Virus record (IMG/VR): IMGVR_UViG_3300021085_000017
Location: 1 to 64,000 of that record
DNA from: a virus
DNA: 64,000 nt
Direction: 5' to 3' (one strand)
The notes below the pieces were generated by a model. That model did not search any database. It was given only the letters and a program-made list of their open reading frames with translations, and had not been told where the DNA came from. The translations under genes were made by a program, and so were the position numbers. Positions 38,821 to 50,200 of this stretch are shown here, one piece after another (position 1 is the stretch's first letter; each line of letters opens with the position of its first letter).

Positions 38821-39441
38821 ATGGCAACCCCATATTATACAAAACAACCAGTATATCTGAAAGACCCGAGTGGTAGATTCTCTAATATTTTGAGAAGCAG
38901 TGAACCATTAGTGGGTGATGCCGCTAAAAGGGCAATGAGGACTAACAAAGACACAATATTGAATTTTCCTTTTACTCCTACAATATCAGTAATTCAAAGT
39001 GCAAACTATAATCAATATGATTTTGACCATTCAAACTTTCAACAACGAACATTTGTTAGTCATTCGAACATGGATTTAAACGTCACTGCACCAATGCTTG
39101 TCAGAAGTGAAGAAGAGGCAGAATATGTTTATAATGCCGCAGTGTGGCTTAGAAGTACAATGAAAATGTCATGGAAAAATGATGACAATCCTGGTTTGCC
39201 ACCGCCTATTTTGCGTTTCTATTCTCATGGAATATATGAGAATGTTCCGTGTGTCGTTAGAGACTTTACTTGGAACTTAGATGCTGACATAGATTATGTT
39301 GAAACCGCAGGTGGTATGAGAGTACCAGTTATGAACACATTTGTTCTATCATTATCTGTTACACATTCTCCTAAAAGTATAAGAGAATTTAGTGTTAAAG
39401 ACTATCTTGCAGGAAATTTAAAGGACCAAGGTTATGTATAA
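38821..39441 (+). CDS. baseplate tail-tube initiator-like protein
   Basis: FPFTPTI, PGLPPPILRF, NVPCVVRDF, DIDYV; first gene of baseplate operon. Confidence 0.65.
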   Translation: MATPYYTKQPVYLKDPSGRFSNILRSSEPLVGDAAKRAMRTNKDTILNFPFTPTISVIQSANYNQYDFDHSNFQQRTFVSHSNMDLNVTAPMLVRSEEEAEYVYNAAVWLRSTMKMSWKNDDNPGLPPPILRFYSHGIYENVPCVVRDFTWNLDADIDYVETAGGMRVPVMNTFVLSLSVTHSPKSIREFSVKDYLAGNLKDQGYV

Positions 39442-39724
39442 AGAAAACTCGCCATGGAATAAAACTTCAATAATCGATAATACTGTATTAGACATTATGA
39501 ACAAGAGAATTTTATTTCCTGACCCAAACGATGAGGTATATGTCATACCACAAGAGTTTGATGAAAGACCTGATTTGTGTAGTTATGAAATGTATGGAAC
39601 TGCAAAGTACTGGTGGATTTTTGCCGTAAGAAACTCTAATGATATCGAAGACCCGATTAGAGACTTCTCAGCAGGAAAAACTATTAGACTACCAACAATA
39701 GAAAATATTGAGAATATGGTGTAA
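39434..39724 (+). CDS. gp53: baseplate wedge subunit (gp53/LysM-like)
   Basis: ERPDLCSYEMYGTAKYWWIFAVRN...DP. Confidence 0.85.
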   Translation: MYKENSPWNKTSIIDNTVLDIMNKRILFPDPNDEVYVIPQEFDERPDLCSYEMYGTAKYWWIFAVRNSNDIEDPIRDFSAGKTIRLPTIENIENMV

Positions 39725-39729
39725 TTAAC

Positions 39730-42700
39730 ATGAGTGGTTTAAAAAAGTTAGCAGAACAATACAACTATCTTTATAATGAATTAGATGAATTTGATTCTTA
39801 CACTTATTCATTAGAATGGTTTGTTGCTGACAAGAAAAGTACTAGAGAGTTTCAATTACAAGAGGCAGCATTAGCAAAGACTATTGCTAATAATGGTTGG
39901 CCGACGACCACAGATAACGTAATCACAATAGCAAAAACTGGATATACAACAGAATTCAATGTAACTGATTTAACAGTTGAGGCTGTTGGTGTTGGAAATT
40001 CTAATTATAGTAAAATAGCAGGTACAGCCACTAAACTAGAATTCACTTGTACACAAGTTGGAAATACTAGTCTAGCAGAAACCCTACAGACTGCGGTAGC
40101 ATTATGTGGATATGTTTCTATATCAGATGCTTCTTACTTTATGAAGATTAATTTTATAGGTTACGCAAACGGTGTACCAAAAACTTTAAATCAGACAAAA
40201 GTTATTCCATTCAAAATCAGAGACTACCAAAATATAAACACATCCACAGATGTTAGAGGAACTACTACTGTTCTAAATGGTACAGTTCTTGCTGATACTG
40301 TTGTAATGAATTCAGATGTTTCATTGTCCGAATTTAAGTTTACCTACAATAGAGATAAAACACTAGAGAAATGTTTGAACAACTTTTTTAAGATGCTAAA
40401 CACCGAAATACATGAAAATAATAACACACAATTAGGTTCTAATCTTAAACATTCTTACAAGTACACATTTTCAGAAAAGTTCAAACGTGAATTTGGCTCA
40501 GGAAGTATGGAAGGTATTGACGATAACGTACAAAAAGACATGACACCAAAGGGCACAAATGATGCAGTTGAAATAGGTACAGTTAAGTCAGGTCAGGCTA
40601 TTTACTCTACGATAGAAGAAATATGTCACGTTTCTGAAAAACTTAGAAATGAAATGATAACAGATAACGCAGGATATACTAAAGTTCTGAATATTACTCC
40701 TTATATTGTATTAAAAGAAAATGGATTTAATCCAATAAAAGGTACACAATCATATGAGGTAGAATATTTTATTGACTATACCCTTAGACTAGTTGAACAA
40801 AATATGCCAGATTATTTTACAAAGACAAAAAATAATGAGAAAAATACTAGAAAGATATTTGATGACGGACATGTTAACAAATATTATAATTTCTTATTCA
40901 CTGGTAAAAATGACCAAATCATAGATTTTAATATCTCATTAGATGCAGAATTGATAAAAGTCTTTACATCTCCAAATGATGTATGGTCATATGAAGATTA
41001 TAAGAAAAATAATGACACTAGTGTTTTTATAACAAAAGAACAAGAGGCTTTAATAGAGAAAGCACAAGCAGACTTTGAAGAATCAAGTAGAGTGTTCAGT
41101 GAAAAAGAAGTTAGTTTTAATGCAATCAATACTCGAAATAAGGATTTTGTAGATGACTCTAAAACAAAAATCTTATCAGAGATAGCGAATTCGACAGACG
41201 AAATGTCAGCACAAGATGTTGAAGATAAATTCGGTGAGTATACATTAGAAGAAATTTTTAGAGAGTTTGGAATTAAAGAACCGCCTGCAGTAGAGGTTCA
41301 GCAATCTGGTAGAAAAGGTCCAAATCCTAAGAGACTTAGAATGATTGGAGATTTAGACGTACAAAAAATATGGGCTAACAAAAAATCACTTGACTTTGCA
41401 ATTAAAAAAGCACGTGAGGCATATGAAGCGGCTAAGACAAATAAAACTACATTAAACAATGCATTTATTGGACTTCAGGAAGATGTCTATGCTAATCAAC
41501 TTACTCAATTTTCACCAGATACTCAAATAAATGAGAGTGACAATGTTTTCAGAGATATTAGAAGATTTCGCGGCCCACAAATCATATTAGCAGAAGAATT
41601 GGGCGATAATTATATCACCACTACGACTGGCGAAGAATTTAAAAATATTCTTAAAGCACAGATGCAGAACCCTATAACATTTCAAAGGCTGATACAAAAG
41701 AAATCAAAAGGCGGAATAACAACTCATAGTGAGGCAGAACCAACTGACTTGGCCCTTGCTAAAGAAAAGTACTATGAAACAAAAGCAGGCAGACTAAGTA
41801 TGATTTACGCCCAGATGACTATTAAGGGTGACCCTTATTGGTTAGAAGGACATATGCCACCAAAAACAAAAGATAAGATATACAACAGCACCGGAAAAGA
41901 TGAAGGCGCAATCGGATGGGCAGCCACAACATTTAATGGTTATCCTCATCTAGTTTTAGAATCTAATAAATCAAGTGGAGTAGACGAAAACGAAAATGTT
42001 AAAATAACTGGATTGGTAATGAGCCTTTATGCAGTTAGGTCTATAACAAGTTCTTTCAGCCAAGGAGTCTTTACTCAAGTATTAGATATGGTTAAAAACT
42101 CATCAGCAGAGTTTTTTCCAAAAACTGACGTTGAAGTTGTTGAAGAATTAGGTGATGGAGATGGAGCAATACGAGTAGTAGCAGGCACAGGCGCTGAAGG
42201 ACCAGCCGGTGGTGCTGGTAACGGTAATGGTAATCTGTCTGGAACTGGTACAACAAAAGTGCCTCTTACCGCTGACCAACAACTTGCAGTAGATATGGCT
42301 TTATCAAATCATATGGAGAGAAATGATGGGTTCCCATTAGGTGGTGCTTATGGACTAGGAGTCAATAAAACTCCAAGTGATAATACATTTAAAAAGTTCG
42401 TGGGTGACGCATTCACTACTATTGGCGAAACTGTTAGTGGTATATTCACTGAAGACCCAGAAGAAGTTGCGGAAGATATGATTGAAAATTCCGATGAACA
42501 GATGGAAATACTTGATGAAGTTAATAATCCAACAGTAGAAGTGAATCCAACACAAAAACTAGGACAAATAAATCCAGACCTGCAACTCTTAGATAATACG
42601 AATCGTCAAAATCAAGCATTATTTTATTTAGAAAATGTTAAAGATATGAGAGCCGAATGTGCAGGTGGCAACCAGGCTGTATGTACACAACTACATAAAA

Positions 42701-44310
42701 CTAAAGCAGATTTACTAGCAACGCTTCCTCTAAATTTAACAGAAGCCGATGTTGGAAATCCAGCAACTATTACAGCAGTAGAAGATTATTTTAATGGAGT
42801 TATCGCTGATGGTGATACAAACGCAGACTTTAATCTTGGTTTACATGAGATAGCGGCATACGAGTATGCTCTTGGTGGAAAAATGTCCATAACTGGAAAA
42901 GATGACCAAGAGTTTCAGATTGACAGAATCGCAAAGAGTTTCTATGGAGAAAGAAACGCAGAAATAATAGTAGAAGAATTACAAAATGAAGAAATTGGCG
43001 AGTTGTGGTCATCAGTAGGACACAATGCTTTAATAAATGGCAAATCATCATTTGTTAACAGTGAGATGCCAGCAGTTGATATTGGTAATGTATCTGATAA
43101 TAGTGATATAATAAACGAATCTGTAAATGAAGCAAGGGTTTTTAATCCAGAGACAAGAAGACTTGAAATAGAAAAGATACAAACTGGAACTCTAACAGCG
43201 ACAGAAACACAAGATGTTAAGACGTTGAATGAAGAGATTAATAGTGTAATCAATGAGGCTATTGAAACATATCCAACAACGTGGCCGAGAGACTTCACGG
43301 GACAAGTTTTAGAAAAGAAACAAGAAGAGTGGTTTGAAAACAGTGCGACAGTCTTAGATGAAAAGATAAAAGAAGCAGGAATAACAGTATCTGAGGCCGA
43401 AAGAACAGAGATGCTTCAAAAGATTGCTGAAAAGATTAGCAATGAAGGCAGAATAAGTGTACTGTCAGACACAGAATTTAAAAAAGTTGAGGGGTATGCA
43501 ACAGCAATTAATACTATTAATAATAACTCTAAATTGGGTAACAGAGGAGTAGTAGCCGAAACAGTTATAGCAAACGAAACAGTCACTGAAATAGCAACAT
43601 TAAAAAGTGAGCATGAAAATCTTGTGGCAAACATGTATCCCAATTTGGATCCTGTCACACTTAAAGCAGACATGGACAGAAAAAGAGAAATAGAATTACA
43701 AATTGCTGAAAAAGAATTAGCATTATCGGTTGAAAGTGCATCATATATAAGAACTATACCAGGAGAAGCAGGCACATATACGCATGTTCCAATAATGGAA
43801 CCTGTTAATAGTGGAGTTACTTCGGCAGAACGTTCATTTTTGAAACAAGAATCTACTGGTGAATTTGTTCTTATTCCACCATCCGATGCCACAAGTGACC
43901 AGTTAGCAATGTATAATGCAACTACAAATCAAGCAGAGCAAATAAATCAAGCAAATGCGATATACGATGCTATGACTCAAAATGTACCACGATTTACGGG
44001 TACAGATGACTTTGGTCCATATGAAGTAAATGATTACAATAATTTAGCAGATATATCATATGTAGATGCAAATGGTGATACTCAGACAATTAAAAATCCT
44101 AGTAACGAATTTGGACTATATACAAATAGTTATGATGAAATGTATCCTGGTGTTATTGCAGACCACGAGACATTGATGCAAGATATTGCAAAATTGTTTC
44201 CTGATGTTTATGCCGAAACGCCATCACCACCATCAACTTCAGATGGCGGACCGCTAAAGGTTATAATGACTGTACCAAAGTTTTATATAAAAGATAAAGA
44301 GAATAATTGA
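39730..44310 (+). CDS. large baseplate hub-type protein
   Basis: Position between gp53 and gp5-like; YNFLFTGKN, IKGDPYWL, YAVRSITSSFSQGVFTQ.L; long C-terminal extension. Confidence 0.6.
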   Translation: MSGLKKLAEQYNYLYNELDEFDSYTYSLEWFVADKKSTREFQLQEAALAKTIANNGWPTTTDNVITIAKTGYTTEFNVTDLTVEAVGVGNSNYSKIAGTATKLEFTCTQVGNTSLAETLQTAVALCGYVSISDASYFMKINFIGYANGVPKTLNQTKVIPFKIRDYQNINTSTDVRGTTTVLNGTVLADTVVMNSDVSLSEFKFTYNRDKTLEKCLNNFFKMLNTEIHENNNTQLGSNLKHSYKYTFSEKFKREFGSGSMEGIDDNVQKDMTPKGTNDAVEIGTVKSGQAIYSTIEEICHVSEKLRNEMITDNAGYTKVLNITPYIVLKENGFNPIKGTQSYEVEYFIDYTLRLVEQNMPDYFTKTKNNEKNTRKIFDDGHVNKYYNFLFTGKNDQIIDFNISLDAELIKVFTSPNDVWSYEDYKKNNDTSVFITKEQEALIEKAQADFEESSRVFSEKEVSFNAINTRNKDFVDDSKTKILSEIANSTDEMSAQDVEDKFGEYTLEEIFREFGIKEPPAVEVQQSGRKGPNPKRLRMIGDLDVQKIWANKKSLDFAIKKAREAYEAAKTNKTTLNNAFIGLQEDVYANQLTQFSPDTQINESDNVFRDIRRFRGPQIILAEELGDNYITTTTGEEFKNILKAQMQNPITFQRLIQKKSKGGITTHSEAEPTDLALAKEKYYETKAGRLSMIYAQMTIKGDPYWLEGHMPPKTKDKIYNSTGKDEGAIGWAATTFNGYPHLVLESNKSSGVDENENVKITGLVMSLYAVRSITSSFSQGVFTQVLDMVKNSSAEFFPKTDVEVVEELGDGDGAIRVVAGTGAEGPAGGAGNGNGNLSGTGTTKVPLTADQQLAVDMALSNHMERNDGFPLGGAYGLGVNKTPSDNTFKKFVGDAFTTIGETVSGIFTEDPEEVAEDMIENSDEQMEILDEVNNPTVEVNPTQKLGQINPDLQLLDNTNRQNQALFYLENVKDMRAECAGGNQAVCTQLHKTKADLLATLPLNLTEADVGNPATITAVEDYFNGVIADGDTNADFNLGLHEIAAYEYALGGKMSITGKDDQEFQIDRIAKSFYGERNAEIIVEELQNEEIGELWSSVGHNALINGKSSFVNSEMPAVDIGNVSDNSDIINESVNEARVFNPETRRLEIEKIQTGTLTATETQDVKTLNEEINSVINEAIETYPTTWPRDFTGQVLEKKQEEWFENSATVLDEKIKEAGITVSEAERTEMLQKIAEKISNEGRISVLSDTEFKKVEGYATAINTINNNSKLGNRGVVAETVIANETVTEIATLKSEHENLVANMYPNLDPVTLKADMDRKREIELQIAEKELALSVESASYIRTIPGEAGTYTHVPIMEPVNSGVTSAERSFLKQESTGEFVLIPPSDATSDQLAMYNATTNQAEQINQANAIYDAMTQNVPRFTGTDDFGPYEVNDYNNLADISYVDANGDTQTIKNPSNEFGLYTNSYDEMYPGVIADHETLMQDIAKLFPDVYAETPSPPSTSDGGPLKVIMTVPKFYIKDKENN

Positions 44311-44311
44311 C

Positions 44312-45565
44312 ATGGCAGATAATACATTAAAACAATCACAAGATGAACAACATGCTAAAATGGCAAACCCAATGGTTCCTAAGTTGGGCAATATATACAA
44401 AGCAATTACAGTCACAGAAACACCTTCTGGCGAATCACTAATTGACCCTATGGGACAAGGAAGAATTGCGGCATATATTCCAGCATTAGGAGAAAGTCCT
44501 GATAATCCAACGATATTCAAACTTGCAAGAAGTTCATCTATATTTAATGTTCCAGATAAAACGGGAATAACTGTGCTTGTCTTTTTTGCAGATATTGATT
44601 CTACTAAAGACGCATATTGGTTTGCTATCGATAACCCAGTAGTAGATATAGTTGCTGGTGGTCCTTTAGGAAATCCACAAGTTGATGGCAGTGGTATAGG
44701 CGAAGGTGCTTATGCGGATGTTTCTGTTATGAAAGATTTTACAAAAGTAACAGATACAGAAGTAGACGGTGCTGAACTTCCCAACTCAGCGTTCAATAAA
44801 ATACTTGCTGACCAAGGCACGTTGTCCGATGAACATAGAGGACCAACAACGACAAGTTCTTACAGAGATGCGGCATATGAGACAGTGCAACATGCAAAAG
44901 TTATGGGTTTCAAAACATCTGGTGGTTCATCTGTTTCTATAGATGACGGAAGTATTGCAGATGACGGTACAATTCATGCAGAACAAATAAAGATAACAAC
45001 ATCTTCTGGTGCGGCAATCACATGTGATGGCGGCAACGACTTTATTTACATAGTGAATAGTACTGGTTCTGGATGGGTAGAAATCGGTGCTGGTGGTGAA
45101 GTCATGGTGTATGCTGAAGGCTCTTTAAACATGAGAACTCAAAAAGATTTTAACTTACGAGCGGACAAAAATATAAACATGGAAGCCGGAGAAGATATAA
45201 ACATTCGTAGTTTCCGTAATACTAAAATTAACACAGATAAAGAACTACATTTAAGAAGTACAGGAACACAGTTCTTACAAAGTGAAGCAGGAATGAATAT
45301 TAATGTTGGTGTTAATTGTGTTGTATCAACTTATGGAGTATTGCATCTAAACGGACCATTAGCACCAGAATCAGAACTTATCTTAACTAGTGATATGCCA
45401 GATATAGAAGACTTAGAAGCAACAGAACTTAAAAAAACAATTGTATCTGAACTGCCAACACATGAACCTTTTATTAGACCACATGCTAAAGACCCAGACA
45501 CAAGTAATTTTGCAAAATTAATGGCTAGTGATGATGGCTTAGATAAATCAGGATTAACAAAATGA
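44312..45565 (+). CDS. central spike protein (gp5/VgrG-like)
   Basis: DPMGQGRI OB-fold start, beta-helix-like repeats, LNGP, PTHEP. Confidence 0.7.
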   Translation: MADNTLKQSQDEQHAKMANPMVPKLGNIYKAITVTETPSGESLIDPMGQGRIAAYIPALGESPDNPTIFKLARSSSIFNVPDKTGITVLVFFADIDSTKDAYWFAIDNPVVDIVAGGPLGNPQVDGSGIGEGAYADVSVMKDFTKVTDTEVDGAELPNSAFNKILADQGTLSDEHRGPTTTSSYRDAAYETVQHAKVMGFKTSGGSSVSIDDGSIADDGTIHAEQIKITTSSGAAITCDGGNDFIYIVNSTGSGWVEIGAGGEVMVYAEGSLNMRTQKDFNLRADKNINMEAGEDINIRSFRNTKINTDKELHLRSTGTQFLQSEAGMNINVGVNCVVSTYGVLHLNGPLAPESELILTSDMPDIEDLEATELKKTIVSELPTHEPFIRPHAKDPDTSNFAKLMASDDGLDKSGLTK

Positions 45566-46194
45566 TATACGATAAACGTCCCGGCTCATTACTAAATTAC
45601 ATACAAATGCCATTAAATGTCATAACGGACAATGGTACTTTCTTAGGAACGGGATACCACGAGAATGGTAATCCAACTTATATACTATCGCATATAAGAG
45701 TACAAGTTAGTAATATTAATGATTTGACTTTTTCGCCTGTGAGTAAAAATGCTATTATACTTGATAACAAACCATCACTCACTGTTAAAGATAATATAGT
45801 TGGATATAATTATAAAATTTCAGATACTGAAGTTGATTATGGATATATCACTGTTGCTTCTACTCGTGTAGATATTTCTGTTGGTAAAATAACAAAAGGC
45901 ATGGCAGAGTTTATCTTAGAAAAACAATTAAGAAACATAGGTAATGTATTAGAGAAATTCATTACTGTAAAGATTTCACAGCCACAATATGATGCGTTAT
46001 TGTATCACTTTTACTATGAAGGTGTTAGCACTATAGAAACTAGTCCAATTATAAAACTTATAAATGAAAAAGATTGGTACTCAATCACAGATGAAATTCA
46101 AAGCAATATAAAGAAGAATGGCAAAGTAGATACTAAACTAGCACAAAGAAAAATGAAAACTTCAAAAATGTTTAGTAACGTTCCTGGATTCTAA
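45562..46194 (+). CDS. baseplate-associated protein with degenerate lysozyme (GH24)-like C-terminus
   Basis: [21 protein letters not shown] resembles the GH24 L(T/N)QNQFDALVSF.YN.G segment. Confidence 0.5.
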   Translation: MIYDKRPGSLLNYIQMPLNVITDNGTFLGTGYHENGNPTYILSHIRVQVSNINDLTFSPVSKNAIILDNKPSLTVKDNIVGYNYKISDTEVDYGYITVASTRVDISVGKITKGMAEFILEKQLRNIGNVLEKFITVKISQPQYDALLYHFYYEGVSTIETSPIIKLINEKDWYSITDEIQSNIKKNGKVDTKLAQRKMKTSKMFSNVPGF

Positions 46195-46781
46195 CGCTTA
46201 TCTATAACTTTATCTGCTAGTCCAAAAGCAACAGTTTCTTCAGCAGACATAAAGTTGTCTCGCTCCATCGCTTCAGTCAACTCTTCGAATGTTTTTCCAG
46301 CAGTATTATGTGAAACATATATTCCAGTTAGTCTTTCTTTCATCTTAAGAATTTCTTTTACTTGAATTTCCATATCAGTTGCTTGTCCACCAGCACCACC
46401 GCTTGGTTGATGAATCATTGTGCGACTATTCGGTAATACATATCTTTTGTCTTTAGCACCTGCTTGAGCAAGTAGTGAACCCATAGAACACGCTTGACCC
46501 ATCACAGTAGTTGATACTGGAGATGAAATAAACTGCATAGTATCATATATTGCCATGCCAGAAGTCACTGCACCACCGGGTGAATTGATATAGAAATGAA
46601 TATCTTTTTCTGAATTTTCTGCTTCTAAGAACAACAACTGGGCACAAATCAAGTCTGCCTGATAGTCATTTACTTCACTTGTCAGAAATATAACTCTTTC
46701 TTTCAGCAAACGAGAGAAAATATCATAACTACGCTCTCCACTTGTTGACTGGTCAACGACCATTGGTACTAAATTTGGCAT
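46191..46781 (-). CDS. clpP: ATP-dependent Clp protease proteolytic subunit
   Basis: [22 protein letters not shown], catalytic S (ACSMG), H (MIHQP), D (ERDNFM). Confidence 0.97.
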   Translation of the reverse strand: MPNLVPMVVDQSTSGERSYDIFSRLLKERVIFLTSEVNDYQADLICAQLLFLEAENSEKDIHFYINSPGGAVTSGMAIYDTMQFISSPVSTTVMGQACSMGSLLAQAGAKDKRYVLPNSRTMIHQPSGGAGGQATDMEIQVKEILKMKERLTGIYVSHNTAGKTFEELTEAMERDNFMSAEETVAFGLADKVIDKR

Positions 46782-46822
46782 TATTTTATCCTTAGTTGTG
46801 TTTAATAATATTATTTAGTACT

Positions 46823-46851
46823 ATAATAACAGAATTGAGTCTATTTGTCAA
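46823..46851 (-). promoter_or_regulatory. sigma70-type promoter for clpP (late box also at 46812-46817)
   Basis: TTGACA-17-TATTAT. Confidence 0.7.
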
Positions 46852-46917
46852 TCTAAAACTACGAATATTATGTGGAGATAAATACATGTAACATAAACTA
46901 CAGAGAAAAAAAGAGTT

Positions 46918-47274
46918 ATGGCGTTATACAGCGGTTTCAGTACCAAAAACAAAAAGGCGATAAACCACGAGTTACAAGATAAAGACTTAGTGATTGAAGA
47001 CCTGATGAACCAAATAATGACCCGAAAGGGAGAACGTGTCATGTTGCCTAATTATGGGTCGATTATACATGAGATGACGTTTGAGCCATTGACTGAATTG
47101 ACAACTGAATTAATTAAAGAAGACCTAACCAATATTATAAATGATGACCCGAGATGCAAATTTGTTAGTATACAAGTAGCAGACTCTGACCACACAATAA
47201 ATGCTATTTTGAAAATTGAAATTCTACCGTTCAACGAGCCAGTAGAATTAAATATAGATTTAGACAGAGAATAA
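46918..47274 (+). CDS. gp25: baseplate wedge subunit (gp25-like)
   Basis: TRKGERVMLPNYGS, FEPL, DPR. Confidence 0.92.
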   Translation: MALYSGFSTKNKKAINHELQDKDLVIEDLMNQIMTRKGERVMLPNYGSIIHEMTFEPLTELTTELIKEDLTNIINDDPRCKFVSIQVADSDHTINAILKIEILPFNEPVELNIDLDRE

Positions 47275-47287
47275 CAGAGAGAACGAT

Positions 47288-50200
47288 ATGAGCCAAGAAC
47301 GTACAGACAATCTATTCGCAAGTGAAAGTTGGACAGCGGTATATACTGCCTATTCAAACATCAGTCTTAAAGCATATGACTTCGATACCATTAGAACTGC
47401 ATTACTAGATTACACAGCACAAACTTATCCTGAGAAATTTAATGACTTCGTAGCGAGTTCTGAGTTTATCGCAATCTTAGACTTGGTTGCATATTTAGGA
47501 CACAGTCTATCATTCAGATTAGACATGAACACTAGAGAAAACTTCATGGACACAGCAGAACGTAGAGCAAGTGTTCTTCAGATGGCTAAATCTCTAGGTT
47601 ATAATAAAACTAGACCAATCAACGCAAAAGGTTTTATGAAAATCTCCAGCGTTTCAACTACTGAAGCAGTTAAAGATAATGAAGGTGTCTCTCTCGCCGG
47701 CAAAACTATTAACTGGAATGACAGTAACAATGCAGATTGGTATGAAAACTTTATTAGTATTCTAAATTCTTCATTCGCTGGTAATACAAAAATTCAAAAC
47801 CCATCTTCAGAATTAACAATCGCAGATGTAGAACATGCATTGTATGAAATAAATGAAGACACATTATCAAAGAATATAAATTATTCTTTCGGAGCAAACA
47901 TCTCAGGTGCAAATAGAAACTTTGAGGCAGTTCGTGTTGTTGCAGACAAACTTACATCAACAATTTATGAAGATGAGCCAAATGCTAATAAAAACTTTAC
48001 AATCATAAACAGAAATGACAACCTAGGTTCTTCAAGTGACAGAACTGGTTTCTTTGTTTACGCTAGTGCAGGAACATTACAGTTACAAGATAACAATTAT
48101 AGTACTGTAATTTCTAACAGAATAGCGAAAGTTGAAGACATTGATATATCACACACAGACGTTTGGGTACAAAAAATAAATTCTCAAAAACAGTATGTCT
48201 CTAGTGTTACTAAAGTAGACAATAACACACGTGAAACTGCAATTTACAATGCATTAAGAAGTGGCTCAGGCGATATAGTAAGTGTCACTACATTAGACAA
48301 TAACTCAATTCAACTTACTTATCCTGATGGTATATTTGGAAACGCCGCATCAGGTGGATACAGAACTTGGTATAGAAAAGTAGATAATGATGATTTCTCT
48401 GTAAATGCAAGTGATATTACAAATTCAATAATAACAATTCCATACGTTGCTACTGATAATAGAGTTTATAGATTAACATTTACACTAACAAGTACTAGAG
48501 ACTTTACTGAAAACTACTCTGGTGAAACATACGCAAGTGTACGTAGAATTGCACCAAGAAGTTATTACTCACAAGATAGAATGGTAAACGCACAAGATTA
48601 TAATGTTTACCCATTAACACTTGGTACTAATGTTGTCAGAAAATTAAAATCAGTTAATACATCATTCGCAGGAAACTCTCGTTTCTTTGAGATGGATGAC
48701 GTATTAGGTCATCACTCTAATCTAAGTGTAACAGGTTCAGACGGTACATTGTTTGTAGAAGATGAAACAATAAAAATGCCATTGAGATATAATAAGACAC
48801 AAGGTAATAGTGACAACTTCATTAGAAATGAACTTACAAAAGCAATCAAACATCCAAGTCTTTTAAATTATTTCTTCTATCAGAACAAAGATAATGTAGC
48901 AGTAAACGTTGCGATTGCATTATCATACTCAGTTTCTACCAGTGATACAATGGTGATTAACACTAACATACCTTCATCTACAGCGACAATATATGAAGGA
49001 GATATGTTTGAATTGCAAGTTGGCACAAATATGACTTGGGCAAAAGTTATCACTTGTTCTGCCGCTTTATCTGACGGTTCAAAGAACTACACATTAAACA
49101 AAGCAATACCAGATAATGGTACAGTAGTACGTGCAGTTAGAGGTCTAAGAACAAGATTTACAGATTCTGAAATCACCGATATAAAAACAAAAATTGACAG
49201 TGCAACAGAATCTACCTTTACTATAAAATATAGTTTAATCACAAGTACAGCAAGTCAATGGCAATGGCAAGTACATGAAGGCGCCACGCCATCTGACGCA
49301 CATGTTGTATTCAACTATGCTTCTGGTATTAGAGATAACGAATCAGAATACGTAGCAGAAATTATAGGTAAAAAAGTTGCATTTGAAAGTAGAGACCAAG
49401 TTAAGTTTTTCTACGGGAATACAACAAACGTTGTTGACAACGAAACGAAACTAGCAACAAGAGACAAAATACTTCTTAACTACAAAACTTCTAGTAGTGA
49501 TACAAACTTTAATGCATCACAAGATAGTCCTAGTGTTACTATTGGACAAGGTAAAGTAAAAAATGCAGTTGCATACAATACAGTTGGAGCAGAGTTTGAT
49601 GCAGACTTCTTACATACTGGCGCAAGAGAAACGTATACATTCGTAGATACACAAGATGCGATATCAGGAGTAACTTATGAACATTTTCTTATCTCAGAAG
49701 ATGGATTAGATTATAAATTAGATTCTTCAGACATAGTTGCACCTACTAGTGCTTCTGGTAATAAAATTGGTGATGCTACTGATTTGGGAGATGGAATAGA
49801 TAAACTTAAAATACAAATTGATAATCTGGCTACTGTAGTTTCACTTGGTGTATTAGTTGGTGCAAACAACACTACAACAGCCACTTCAGAAGAAAACTTA
49901 TCAAATGCTAATCTTGTTATAAACTATGATGGCACTGAAGACGATTCAAATGCAGAAAGTAGTTTTACTACTATATCTACTAATGACTTGACCACTAAAG
50001 GGTTTAAAGGCGACACATCACAATCTACTCTATTAACTTATTTTGCTACGGCTACTTCTACTAGCAACTTCGTTTTCAGAGATGTAGGTGATGGAATAGA
50101 ACAAAACGAAATAGTTACAACTTACGATTCTAATACTGATACATATAAATTTGTATTACCATTCCAACATGCAGACACAGATGCGTCTACCGCTGGAAAT

